DNA of 64,000 nucleotides from Promethearchaeota archaeon (GCA_019057795.1 JAHLWS010000087.1:1-64000); one strand, 5' to 3'; shown: positions 39,326 through 49,442, numbered from the stretch's first letter. The notes: generated from the sequence alone by a model not told the origin. Numbers and translations are program-made.

Positions 39326-39997
39326 ATGAAAATGAAAGATATTAGTAAAAAAATCTTAATATTTTTGATATTTCAAATTATTTATCCAAATATATTCTAT
39401 ATTCTACTTGTTCCAGAAATTTATACAGTATCCATTTACGTTTTATATTTGTTAACGAATTATGTAATTGCTTTTGCAGATTCATTGATACGCCCTCTAA
39501 CGAAAGAGAGAAATCCTTCAAAAATATATGATTTCTTAATATTATTGATGTTTTTGTTATCACCATTCTTCTTAATTGCTGCTTTTTATGAGAATAAGCT
39601 ACTAATATCATCGATACTACCATTCTGGGATAATATTATTGTTAGTTATATTGGATTCGTTCTTTATCTCTCAGCAGGTATCTTAGTTATTGTAGGACGA
39701 TTACAGCTTGGTAAGTTCGGTTCAGGTGAATTAATAACGGAGGAGGACCACAAACTTTATACCGAAGGGGTTTACAAACATATTCGGAATCCAATGTATT
39801 CTGGGGCATTAATAGCTGTTATTGGGTTCGGTTTAGTCTTTAGAAGTATAATTACGCTTTTATTCGTTTCGATTTTCTATTTTATATTGTTTAAAATGAG
39901 AATTGATGAAGAAGAAAGACTTCTTTACGAGGCTTTTGGAGAAGAATTCTCTAATTACAAGAAGAAAAGCAAAAAACTAATACCATTTATATATTAA
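39326..39997 (+). CDS. Isoprenylcysteine carboxyl methyltransferase/PEMT family membrane protein
   Basis: HKLYTEGVYKHIRNPMYSG, RIDEEERLL, FGEEF, LIPFIY. Confidence 0.88.
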   Translation: MKMKDISKKILIFLIFQIIYPNIFYILLVPEIYTVSIYVLYLLTNYVIAFADSLIRPLTKERNPSKIYDFLILLMFLLSPFFLIAAFYENKLLISSILPFWDNIIVSYIGFVLYLSAGILVIVGRLQLGKFGSGELITEEDHKLYTEGVYKHIRNPMYSGALIAVIGFGLVFRSIITLLFVSIFYFILFKMRIDEEERLLYEAFGEEFSNYKKKSKKLIPFIY

Positions 39998-40122
39998 AAA
40001 TTAACTTATTTTTTAATCTCGGAATTTTTCTAGATGATTTATAAAGCTTTTAATTGTTAATTTTAACCGAAACTTAGAATTAATTATCTCTAAACAATCA
40101 AGTTATTCAATAGTAATATAAA

Positions 40123-41765
40123 TAAAAGAATATTCGGGTAATTTTACAAATGAATGAAGAATTATAAAGTCTTTCAACGCCATTCGCTTGTAAAATCTTT
40201 CTACCCGCTTTTTTTTATCTTTCACCTCATTAACGCCAAGAACTAACTTGAATACTTAAAAATTTTATCGGTCTTTAATTAATCACTATTGGCTGCAATG
40301 ATTTGAATTGGATCGTTCCATTCTTCGTCCAAAAGATATTTAAACCAAGTCACATTAATATTCCACATGATTGGAAGAAAAAAAAGGGTTTATGAACCGT
40401 ATTGGCACCCCATCGAAGCTCAGAGCGAGAGTGGAGCGTGTTTTTCGTTAGGTAAGATCCAACTTTTATGTCCCGCGTGCGGGAGTTCAAAGGTAGGTTC
40501 ATATGGAACACACGGCAGAAAAAACACCCGTGTTGAGACTTTTCAGTGTAAAGATCGTAAATGTCCGCATTTAAAGAATTACAAAACGAGCAAACAGTTT
40601 GTTTTAACTACTTCATATCAATTCAACAAGTTAATATTCGGTAAGCTCAAGGCTCTTTACGAAGACTTGCTGAAAGACGGCGCAAAAAACAAGACTATCG
40701 CGAAAAAGTATGGCATATCCGAGTCGCAAGTATCAGCGCTAAGAACCGAGATTGAATCTGCGATTGACAAGTTAAACGGGTTGGATAGACTCGTATTGAC
40801 GCCTCAACCAGATACAGCTGTTGCTATCGATGAAACATTCCTTAAAATCGAGAGTACGTCCATTTACGTTATTATAGCTACGGGGTACACGTCCCATAAA
40901 ACTTTAGGAATAAAAGTGTCTAAAAGTCGTTCAGAAGAAGATATTCGCGAAGTTTTTGACGAGGCAGATGGGAACACCGAGCGTGATATTAGCGCGATTA
41001 GTTCCGATGCCTTGAACGCTACACAATCTATGGCAAAAAACTTGAACAGGGAGATCACCCATATCATCCACCCCCATAAAAAACCGTTCAAGAAAGCCAT
41101 TATCCGACATTACAGCTACGAAAACAACGAAAGAATCACGACGACGATTGGTGTTAAAAGTAATTTTTTTAAAAAACGCGGTAAACGGCAATTTAGGTAC
41201 ATGGAAGCAAGAACTGACTTGACTCCTAAAATAACGAAAAAGCGCGGACGACCTAAGGGTTCTAAAACCAAGAAGAGACGCAAAAAGCCAATGACAAAAA
41301 AGAAACGCGGTCGCAAAGGGCTTTACACGGTTTTTGAAAAAGGAACGGTCGGCTACGCCACAATAGATCCATATCGAGACAAGTTAAAGTTAGGAAAGGG
41401 GTTGTCCAGACCGGTTGGCGCCGGGCTGAACGCGACATTAAAGTTGTTCCCCCTAATGTCAATACAAAATAATCTTGCGGAAAATATAAACTCTATCCTC
41501 CGAGCTATTATCCGGTTAAGAGGCCCAAAAACAATAGAATCCGTGGAGAGACGCATTAGGGCGACATTGAAGGTACGGAATTATCCCGAAATCTTAGACG
41601 AGGTGCGAATCACGAGGCAGGTGAGGGGAGATTTTTTAATGAACAATCTAAAACTCATAGAATGCGCCGACCTACTAGAACGGGGGATTATAATGTAAGA
41701 AAATAAAAAAAGGGGCTAATTTATAATTGTTAATTCTTTTATAAAATTAACCGAATATTCTTTTA
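40123..41765 (+). mobile_element. Insertion sequence (~1.64 kb), IS6-like, with 45-bp imperfect terminal inverted repeats
   Basis: 40123-40167 TAAAAGAATATTCGGGTAATTTTACAAATGAATGAAGAATTATAA versus the reverse complement of 41721-41765: 5 mismatches. The repeats enclose a single transposase. The flanks AATATAAA / AATATCAA match at 7 of 8. Confidence 0.85.
40367..41698 (+). CDS. DDE transposase, IS6/IS240-like, with N-terminal Zn finger and HTH
   Basis: CPACGS...FQCKDRKC, IAKKYGISESQV, IDETFLKI...Y, ISSD, QNNLAE. Confidence 0.85.
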   Translation: MIGRKKRVYEPYWHPIEAQSESGACFSLGKIQLLCPACGSSKVGSYGTHGRKNTRVETFQCKDRKCPHLKNYKTSKQFVLTTSYQFNKLIFGKLKALYEDLLKDGAKNKTIAKKYGISESQVSALRTEIESAIDKLNGLDRLVLTPQPDTAVAIDETFLKIESTSIYVIIATGYTSHKTLGIKVSKSRSEEDIREVFDEADGNTERDISAISSDALNATQSMAKNLNREITHIIHPHKKPFKKAIIRHYSYENNERITTTIGVKSNFFKKRGKRQFRYMEARTDLTPKITKKRGRPKGSKTKKRRKKPMTKKKRGRKGLYTVFEKGTVGYATIDPYRDKLKLGKGLSRPVGAGLNATLKLFPLMSIQNNLAENINSILRAIIRLRGPKTIESVERRIRATLKVRNYPEILDEVRITRQVRGDFLMNNLKLIECADLLERGIIM

Positions 41766-41802
41766 AATATCAATAATATCATATTTAAAAATTGAAAAAA
41801 AA

Positions 41803-42648
41803 ATGGAATATAAAACTATTAAATTTGAATTACAAAAAAATGGTATAGGATTTTTAACATTTAACAGAGCAGAAAAAGCTAATGCTATGTCATTTCAAAT
41901 GGTTGAAGAACTTCATTCTATATTTGATATGTTAATGATCAATCTCGATTGTCGAGTTCTTATCATGAAAGCAGAAGGTAAGATTTTTAATGCAGGGCAA
42001 GATCTTAAAGATGCTATAGTTTTAAAATCAAAGAAGAAACCCGAAAATCTCAAAAATTATTATTTCTTAGAGGTTCCAGAAATAATGAAAGGCATTATGT
42101 ATTATCAGTGGAGAATAGCAGAAATTATTGTAAAAATGAGAAAGATTTCACAACCGATTATTACCATAATTCAGGGTCCAGCAATCGGAGCAGGATTTTC
42201 TATTACAATGGCAACAGATATTCGTATTGCCAGTAAAGAGGCAAAATTTAACGCTGGCTATATTAATATCGGACTCACAGGTTCAGATATGGGTAGTAGT
42301 TATTTTCTTCCGCGTCTTGTAGGAATGTCAAGAGCGGTTGAACTACTATACACTGGAAGATTTTTTAATGCTGATGAAGCTTTAGATATAGGATTTATAT
42401 TAAAGATTGTTGAGAAGGATAAGTTACTTGAATCTGCAATGGAAATTGCCGAAGTATTACTTTCAAAAAGTCCTTTAGGATTACGGCTGACAAAACAAGC
42501 AATTAATTTATCTCTTGATTCTCCTAGTCTAGAAACAATTATTCAATTAGAAAATCGAGGTCAAGTTCTATGCAGTAATTCAAAAGATGTAATGGAAGCT
42601 TTCAATGCTTATATGGAAAAGCGAAAACCAAAATTTCCTTTACGATGA
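41803..42648 (+). CDS. Enoyl-CoA hydratase/isomerase family protein
   Basis: FNAGQDL, GPAIGAG, DIRIAS, DMGSSYFLPRLVG, EKRKPKF. Confidence 0.9.
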   Translation: MEYKTIKFELQKNGIGFLTFNRAEKANAMSFQMVEELHSIFDMLMINLDCRVLIMKAEGKIFNAGQDLKDAIVLKSKKKPENLKNYYFLEVPEIMKGIMYYQWRIAEIIVKMRKISQPIITIIQGPAIGAGFSITMATDIRIASKEAKFNAGYINIGLTGSDMGSSYFLPRLVGMSRAVELLYTGRFFNADEALDIGFILKIVEKDKLLESAMEIAEVLLSKSPLGLRLTKQAINLSLDSPSLETIIQLENRGQVLCSNSKDVMEAFNAYMEKRKPKFPLR

Positions 42649-42821
42649 AAGCTCGCATATATTTTGAAAAAGCGTGGTCAGGTGCGCTAACTAATTTGAA
42701 AGAAAAACTAAACAGTAAAACAACTTGATTGAGTGCAATCTTAAACTTTAATTTTATTCTAACTTTTATCCTTGACATTTAAATGAGTAAGTTACTTATA
42801 ATTGCAATGGGTAAATAACTC

Positions 42822-43499
42822 TTGACTGAAGAAATGTTAAATGAGCTTGATTTAGATCAGTTTAGAAAAGTATTCAGTAAGTACACCATAGAAGCCTTTC
42901 AAAAACTTCCAAAATTGGAGAACCCCCGGATATTAGACATTGGTTGTGGTTCGGGAGTTCCCACCATGGAATTAGCAAAATTAAGTGATGGTGAAATAAT
43001 AGGAATCGATATTGATCAAGATCTTTTGGACAGTTTTAGTAGAAAAATTGAACAAGAAGGCTTAACCAATAGAGTAAAGGCTATTAAATGCTCATTACTA
43101 GATATAAAATTTCCAGACAATAGTTTTGATATCATTTGGGCTGAAGGATCAATAACAACGCTAGGTGTTGAAAAAAGTCTAAGAGGATGGAATAGGCTAC
43201 TTAAACCTAAAGGATTCTTGGTTATTCACGACGAGATTAAGCACTTTTTTGAAAAACGCTATAAAGTTACTAGATGTGGCTATAAACTTATTGAACACTT
43301 TTCTTTGCCAGAGGAAGCTTGGTGGGAAGAATATTATAGACCACTTGAGATTAGAATCAAGCATTTATATAAAAAATATAGTAACGATCCAGATGCTCTT
43401 GGAGTGTTAAATATCCATCAAACTGAGGTAGACATAGTCAAGGCCAGTCCAAAAAGTTTTCAATCAGTTTTTTGTATAATGCAAAAAAATAAAAAATAA
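42822..43499 (+). CDS. Class I SAM-dependent methyltransferase
   Basis: ILDIGCGSG, FDIIWAEGS, LLKPKG. Confidence 0.88.
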   Translation: MTEEMLNELDLDQFRKVFSKYTIEAFQKLPKLENPRILDIGCGSGVPTMELAKLSDGEIIGIDIDQDLLDSFSRKIEQEGLTNRVKAIKCSLLDIKFPDNSFDIIWAEGSITTLGVEKSLRGWNRLLKPKGFLVIHDEIKHFFEKRYKVTRCGYKLIEHFSLPEEAWWEEYYRPLEIRIKHLYKKYSNDPDALGVLNIHQTEVDIVKASPKSFQSVFCIMQKNKK

Positions 43500-43518
43500 A
43501 AGAAATTATAAAATAGCG

Positions 43519-44739
43519 TTATTTCAGATAATTTAAGGCTGTTAATGCAAACATTTTCACCAAATCCATTAAATCCTTAATATACACGAACTCATCTTCG
43601 GAATGAATGTTATTATCTCTCGCGGAAGCGCCTACTAAGATAGTTGGAATCCCTCTTTCTTGAAACCAGTGCGCATCGGTTGAAGGCATTAAAGTTTTAA
43701 ATTCTCTCTTTTCACCATGGATTTTCTCCGCTGCTTTCAGAACAATTTTAGCAAATTCAGAAGATTCATCAATCACTTGCGGCTCCATTGCAATTGGCAT
43801 TTGAACTGTTATATCCAAGTCTGGGTCTTCCTCTTTCATTTTTTCAACAAAATCAAGGAGTCTCTTCCTTATACTTGCGACATCTTGTTCCGGAATTGTA
43901 TTTATACTAAGATGAAGATAACATCGATCTGGAACCGTCGTGATTTTCGTGCCACCATGAATTTCCGCCAGATTAATACTACTCACGTTAGAACCCCATC
44001 CATCTGAAGTGGGATAATTCGTAGTTTTTTCTAGCAGTTCTTCTTTCAGTTTAAGTAAGAAATTCATTATCTTAACCATCCTCTCGATAGTGTTTATCCC
44101 CGAATTCTCATTGCGATAAGGTGGAGGAAGGTCCGGGAATGCCAGCCCATGAGCGGTCTTTCCTTTGATGGTTATCGTGATATACAAGGTTCCACCACAA
44201 TATCCAAAGGGATATCCATTAGCTGCGTCTCCTAATAAGCACGCATCTCCAGAGACTAATCCGCTACTTAGGAGGTATTCTGCCCCTCTTAATCCTCCAG
44301 TTTCTTCATCTCCTACAGCAGTGACTATTAATTTTCCTTTAAGATCAACTCCTGCTTCAAGTAAAGCTTGAATTGCAAAAATCTCAGCAGTCACTGAAGA
44401 TTTATCGTCAGAAGCACCTCTTCCATAGATTTTATCTCCAACAATTTCCGCTCCAAATGGATCCTTAGACCACCCTTTAAAAGCTTCAACCGTATCAAAA
44501 TGCCCGTTGAAAATTAACGTAGGACCATCACCATTTCCAAGCTCACCAATGACATTATTTCTTTTAATAGATGTTTTTAAACCGATGTCTCGCATTTTTC
44601 GCTCTACGAATTTAGCAACTTCCTTGTATTTTGAAGGGGGATTTTCAGAGGGGATTCTTACTATTTCTTGAAGAAATTTAATAATCCCATCCCTCATACT
44701 ATCTATTTTATCTATAATTAGTTTTTCTAAATCAGCCAT
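43519..44739 (-). CDS. M20 family (ArgE/DapE-like) metallopeptidase/deacylase
   Basis: GHFDTV, GRGASDDK, DEETGG, HSEDE. Confidence 0.9.
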   Translation of the reverse strand: MADLEKLIIDKIDSMRDGIIKFLQEIVRIPSENPPSKYKEVAKFVERKMRDIGLKTSIKRNNVIGELGNGDGPTLIFNGHFDTVEAFKGWSKDPFGAEIVGDKIYGRGASDDKSSVTAEIFAIQALLEAGVDLKGKLIVTAVGDEETGGLRGAEYLLSSGLVSGDACLLGDAANGYPFGYCGGTLYITITIKGKTAHGLAFPDLPPPYRNENSGINTIERMVKIMNFLLKLKEELLEKTTNYPTSDGWGSNVSSINLAEIHGGTKITTVPDRCYLHLSINTIPEQDVASIRKRLLDFVEKMKEEDPDLDITVQMPIAMEPQVIDESSEFAKIVLKAAEKIHGEKREFKTLMPSTDAHWFQERGIPTILVGASARDNNIHSEDEFVYIKDLMDLVKMFALTALNYLK

Positions 44740-44766
44740 ATTTAATCTCCTTTTATAATAATTTAA

Positions 44767-46005
44767 TTAATCTTTATTTCTTAAATAATTGAATGCAGTT
44801 AAAGCAAAAATTTTTGTTGTATCAATTAAATCGTCAATAGATACAAACTCATCCTCTGCATGTACGTTATTTTCATGCGTTCCAGTTCCCATTAGTATCG
44901 TTTCAATTCCCTTTTCATGAAACCAATGCCCATCGTTTGCTGATTGGAATAATTTAAACTCTCGATCTTCACTATACACTCTATTTACGGCTTTTTGAAC
45001 AGCTTGAGCGAATTTAGAATTAAGATCTGATGCAAATGGTTCAAAAGACATTGTAAATTGAACATTGATGTTCAAGTCACGATCTTCTTTTTTAGCAGCT
45101 TCTATGAACTCTAAAATGCGGGTCTTTATACTTTCAACATCTTGTTCTGGAATGGTATTGATAATACAGTATAATAAGCATTTATCTGGTACAGTAGATA
45201 ATTTGTCGCCCCCCTCAATCTTTGCTATATTGACAGTACTTACTTTAGAAGGATGTCCAGGAAAATTTGGATATTTGGTTTCAGTATTGAGGAACTCTGC
45301 TTGTAATTGAGTCAAAAAATTCATCACGCCAATCATTTTTTGTATAGCATTGACTCCAGAATACTCATTTCTATAAATTGGGATATCGGGGAAACTTAAA
45401 GCGTGAGCTTTTTTTCCTTTAATTAAAAATGTAACAAGTAAGAACCCTCCAGTATAGGCTGCAGGAAAACCTCCGCGCCCATCTCCTAATAGACAAGCAT
45501 CACCATTAATATGTCCCTTATCCAATAGGTACCTAACCCCATTGAATCCGCCTGTTTCTTCGTCTATTGCCGAAATTAAAGTTAAACTTCCCTCAAATTT
45601 AATACCTAACTCAAGCAAGGCTTTAGTTGCAAAAATTTCTGCTGTTACACATGCTTTATCGTCACACGCTCCTCGACCATATATTTTTCCATCAATTATG
45701 TGACCTCCAAATGGGTCTTCTGTCCATCCCTTATAAGCAGGAACGGTATCCATATGACCATATAATAATAAAGAGGGCTCCGTTAGATTTTGATACTTCC
45801 CTACTACATTATTTCGTTTTACAAAAGTTTTAAGACCAAGCTCTTCAAATTTGGTCTGAACGAACTGTGCTATCTGTTTATACTTACCTGGTGGATTCTC
45901 GGAAGGAATTTGAATGATTTGCTTATGAAAATTTATTATCTCCTCCCGCATTTCTTCTATTTTTTCTATAATCGCTTTTTCAATACTTTCCATTTTTATA
46001 CTCAC
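44767..46005 (-). CDS. M20 family (ArgE/DapE-like) metallopeptidase/deacylase, tandem paralog
   Basis: GHMDTV, GRGACDDK, DEETGG, HAEDE. It is colinear with the neighbouring gene. Confidence 0.9.
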   Translation of the reverse strand: MSIKMESIEKAIIEKIEEMREEIINFHKQIIQIPSENPPGKYKQIAQFVQTKFEELGLKTFVKRNNVVGKYQNLTEPSLLLYGHMDTVPAYKGWTEDPFGGHIIDGKIYGRGACDDKACVTAEIFATKALLELGIKFEGSLTLISAIDEETGGFNGVRYLLDKGHINGDACLLGDGRGGFPAAYTGGFLLVTFLIKGKKAHALSFPDIPIYRNEYSGVNAIQKMIGVMNFLTQLQAEFLNTETKYPNFPGHPSKVSTVNIAKIEGGDKLSTVPDKCLLYCIINTIPEQDVESIKTRILEFIEAAKKEDRDLNINVQFTMSFEPFASDLNSKFAQAVQKAVNRVYSEDREFKLFQSANDGHWFHEKGIETILMGTGTHENNVHAEDEFVSIDDLIDTTKIFALTAFNYLRNKD

Positions 46006-46132
46006 AAATTCTTATTAGATACATATTTGATGTGGATGTATATAAAACTAAAAAATTAAAAAACTAACGATCACATAATTACTTATCTTTTTAATAAAAA
46101 GAACTTGAATTAATAATTTAAAGTGATAATAG

Positions 46133-47143
46133 ATGGCTAAAAGGGTAGCAATTAACGGATTCGGTAGAATCGGACGAAACTTTTTCCGAACAGTAGTAGA
46201 GAAATATCCTAACGAAATTGAAATTGTATCCATTAACGATTTATTCGAACCAAAATACTTGGCTTATGTCTTAAAATATGATTCTGTTTTTGGGCGATTT
46301 AAAGGAACTGTCGAGGCTAAGGAAAAATCTTTGGTAATAAATGGAAAGGAAATTCCTGTTACTGCAGAACGAGACCCAGCAAACTTACCGCATGCTAGTA
46401 ATAATATAGATGTTGCTCTCGAATCCACTGGATTCTTTACGAAAAGAGAGGGCGCTGCAAAGCATTTAGAGGCTGGAGCTAAGAAAGTTTTAATCAGTGC
46501 ACCTGCGGGAAATCCTGATTTTACCGTTGTAATAGGTTGTAACGACGATAAATTAACTAACGAGCATAAAATCATTTCTATGGCATCTTGTACAACGAAT
46601 TGTTTAGGTCCAGTAGTAAAAGTATTAATGGACAATTATGGAATTGTTAACGGAATGATGACTACAGTTCATTCATATACTGGCGACCAACGACCAGTTG
46701 ATACAGCAAGAAAAGATGATCCCATAAAAATGATTCGTGGTCGAGCCTGTGCGGCAAATATAGTTCCAACTTCCACTGGTGCAGCTAAAGCGATTGGTGT
46801 CGTGTTTCCAGAATTAAATGGTAAAATGGATGGCATCGCAATGCGCATTCCAACCCCAAACGGGAGCGTTGTTGATTTAAAAGTAAATCTAGGGAAATCT
46901 ACAACAGTAGAAGATGTTAACGCTAAAATGAAAGAAGCCGCATCGGGTTATCTAAAAGGAATTTTAGAATATACCGATGATGCAATAGTAACTACCGATA
47001 TTGTTGGCAATCCCGCAAGTTCTATTTTCTCTAGCTTGTGGACTAAAGTAATCGGTGGCACTTTCTGTGGTGTCGTTAGCTGGTACGATAACGAGTGGGG
47101 TTATTCCAATCGTTTGGCAGATTTAATCGTCAAGAAATTATAA
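46133..47143 (+). CDS. gap: Class I (bacterial/eukaryotic type) glyceraldehyde-3-phosphate dehydrogenase
   Basis: INGFGRIGR, ESTG, ASCTTNCL, PTSTGAAKA, WYDNEWGYS. Confidence 0.96.
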   Translation: MAKRVAINGFGRIGRNFFRTVVEKYPNEIEIVSINDLFEPKYLAYVLKYDSVFGRFKGTVEAKEKSLVINGKEIPVTAERDPANLPHASNNIDVALESTGFFTKREGAAKHLEAGAKKVLISAPAGNPDFTVVIGCNDDKLTNEHKIISMASCTTNCLGPVVKVLMDNYGIVNGMMTTVHSYTGDQRPVDTARKDDPIKMIRGRACAANIVPTSTGAAKAIGVVFPELNGKMDGIAMRIPTPNGSVVDLKVNLGKSTTVEDVNAKMKEAASGYLKGILEYTDDAIVTTDIVGNPASSIFSSLWTKVIGGTFCGVVSWYDNEWGYSNRLADLIVKKL

Positions 47144-47391
47144 ATCATTAACAATCTCAATTATTTTTATTTTTTTTCTTTTCTTCTATTTGTTTTAAAA
47201 TTTTTGAATTTCTGCTATTCAAATTTAATTAAGTTTTGTTATAGCATCACAGAATCTAATATTTTGAAAAGGTTAAAAAATTTTAAAATTATTATTTGAT
47301 TGTGGGGATAGAACATAAAAACAAATTAATAGAAATGTTTTTAAAAATTGACTTTAAATCAGTATTAGAAATATAAGTTTATAGGATTTAA

Positions 47392-48765
47392 ATGGTTTAT
47401 TTTCAAATTAGCCCTATTGGATTTGATTGTAGAACGGATAAAAATAATTGTGAGAAATATCCAGATTTCTGTAAGGAGTGTGTTAAAGCTCAACTTGAAA
47501 AATTTGGTTTAAATCTTGATCATAACTTGAAATTCACGATTATCGATTCTGAAGAAAAACATATTCAAATGTTCCAAGACCTAATATGGCAGAAATTTTT
47601 AGATGTTTTGAACATAAAATACATTTTATTAATGGCTAAAGAATCTGGGTTAGCTCTAGTTGATTATCCGATTTCAGGGGCGGGTGTAAATACTGAGATA
47701 TTAACTGGATTTATCCAAGCAAATATTACGTTTTCAGAATCTAGTAATACTTCAATTAGAGAAGCAAGTTATAGAAATAATCTTCAATTTTATGAATTTC
47801 AATACGAAACATTCAATATTTTACTTAAAAATGGCCAATTTATTCGAATCTGTTTAGTTTTAGATCATAAAGCTTCTGATAGCTTGAAAACGCTTGTAAC
47901 CGACTTTTTAAGCGAATATGAAAGTAGATATCTTGATAAAATTGGAACACATATAAGAAAAGGGATGAGGCATTTCGAAGATACAATTGATTACATCAAA
48001 GACAGTTTTAATGTTAAACTAGTTTTTCCCATGATTCTAACGCACACATTATTACCAGACGAATTAGATTTAATTCAAAAAAATCCTATCCAAAAAGCAA
48101 TAATAAATTTTGCAAAAATATTGTTGACTTCAAAAACATTCTTTTTTATTATCAACTTAATCGATGAAGTTCAAAAAATAGTTCGGATAGACGCAAATAA
48201 GATACTTTATGAAGTATACCAACTTATAGAAAAAAAAATAATTATCCCTACTACAATTGAAACTGTTGAAGATACAATTTATAAATTTCAAGAATCACGA
48301 GCGGTAAGAATAGCTAGTAATGAATTAATTTCTTCATTAATTTCTAATAATGATGCTATAAATGAATTGAAAGAGAAAGCAAAGCATATGAGCGAAGAAG
48401 AAGTTAATTCATCCATAATTTCTTATATAAGAAAAGCTGAAGCTGCCGAAAAAGGATTAGCTTATAAAGAAGCACAGATAGAATATGAAATGGCTCTTTA
48501 CTTAGCATCTGGTTTTGATTATAGAGAGGAAGTAGGGAGAATATCTTTTATGATTTTAGAACTTGACAAAAAGATAAAAGAATTGGAACTAGAGTATGCT
48601 TTAAATATAGGAGAAAAAGCTGAGAAAAAAAAGGATTACATCAAAGCTATTAATTATTATCAACAAGGATTAAAAATTCTAAATGATGCTCAAGACCTTG
48701 ATGGAAACGACTCTCGAATAAAAAAATTGAAAAAAAAAATTGCAAACCTTCAAAAAAATTTATAA
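47392..48765 (+). CDS. Asgard-type multidomain protein: Cys-rich N-terminus, longin/roadblock-like domain, wHTH-like segment, TPR-like helices
   Basis: YILLMAKESGLAL...ILTGFIQANITFS...EFQYETFNILL...CLVL pattern, and C-terminal AEKKKDYIKAINYYQQGL helices. The fold call is pattern recognition only. Confidence 0.55.
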   Translation: MVYFQISPIGFDCRTDKNNCEKYPDFCKECVKAQLEKFGLNLDHNLKFTIIDSEEKHIQMFQDLIWQKFLDVLNIKYILLMAKESGLALVDYPISGAGVNTEILTGFIQANITFSESSNTSIREASYRNNLQFYEFQYETFNILLKNGQFIRICLVLDHKASDSLKTLVTDFLSEYESRYLDKIGTHIRKGMRHFEDTIDYIKDSFNVKLVFPMILTHTLLPDELDLIQKNPIQKAIINFAKILLTSKTFFFIINLIDEVQKIVRIDANKILYEVYQLIEKKIIIPTTIETVEDTIYKFQESRAVRIASNELISSLISNNDAINELKEKAKHMSEEEVNSSIISYIRKAEAAEKGLAYKEAQIEYEMALYLASGFDYREEVGRISFMILELDKKIKELELEYALNIGEKAEKKKDYIKAINYYQQGLKILNDAQDLDGNDSRIKKLKKKIANLQKNL

Positions 48766-48989
48766 AATTAAAGAACAAAGCTACTTCTTTTATTATCTTC
48801 AATGTATTATGCCAAAAAAAAATGAACATTTTATTATACTTTTACTCCTCAATTAATTCGATTCTTATCTTATTTTTAAACATTAATAGTATGTTTTATT
48901 TTACGAAAAATTATGACTCTTTTATCTTATTAATAGGATTTTGTACTACGAATCATAACTCAAGGTAAATTATAGATTTAGAATAAGAA

Positions 48990-49442
48990 ATGTATGATTC
49001 TCTTAAAAAGTATAATAATCAAGTATACACTGGCATGAAGATTGGTGGGTCTCATAAATGGATCTACAACGACGGAAAATGGACTGAAACAAAAACCGCT
49101 CCAACTAAATGGACAATTAACTTTAATAGTGTGAAAACAAGAATAAATCCAGCACCATCTAATTCAGGGGCTAATATTGGCACAAAATTTCATTGGTACA
49201 TTATTGCCGATCAAATCGCGACTAAACTAAATAAAGATTCTTATATGACGCAAATGAAGGGCATTAAATATAAAGTTGGCCATAAGCGTCCTCATTGGCG
49301 AACTTTTAGCTACAATTATCCTGAGCAAAACTCGTATAAAGAACGAGTCATAAAAATATTAGAAGATACTCTTAACAAATTAAAGAATGAAAATTTGCCT
49401 AAAATCAACTCAATAACTCGCTTTCTTTTTAATGAAATTTAA
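48990..49442 (+). CDS. Conserved hypothetical protein (Trp/His-rich, basic)
   Basis: Clean 150-aa ORF: YTGMKIGGSHKWIY...FHWYIIADQ...KVGHKRP. Confidence 0.7.
   Translation: MYDSLKKYNNQVYTGMKIGGSHKWIYNDGKWTETKTAPTKWTINFNSVKTRINPAPSNSGANIGTKFHWYIIADQIATKLNKDSYMTQMKGIKYKVGHKRPHWRTFSYNYPEQNSYKERVIKILEDTLNKLKNENLPKINSITRFLFNEI

Noticed and set aside
39326-39997. ICMT acting on the Rab-like GTPase (prenylation pathway)
   Set aside because: The GTPase has no C-terminal Cys, the genes are 34 kb apart, and this family is widespread in prokaryotes.
40115-41773. A definite 8-bp target-site duplication for the IS
   Set aside because: AATATAAA versus AATATCAA has a mismatch and is low-complexity, so it is suggestive only.
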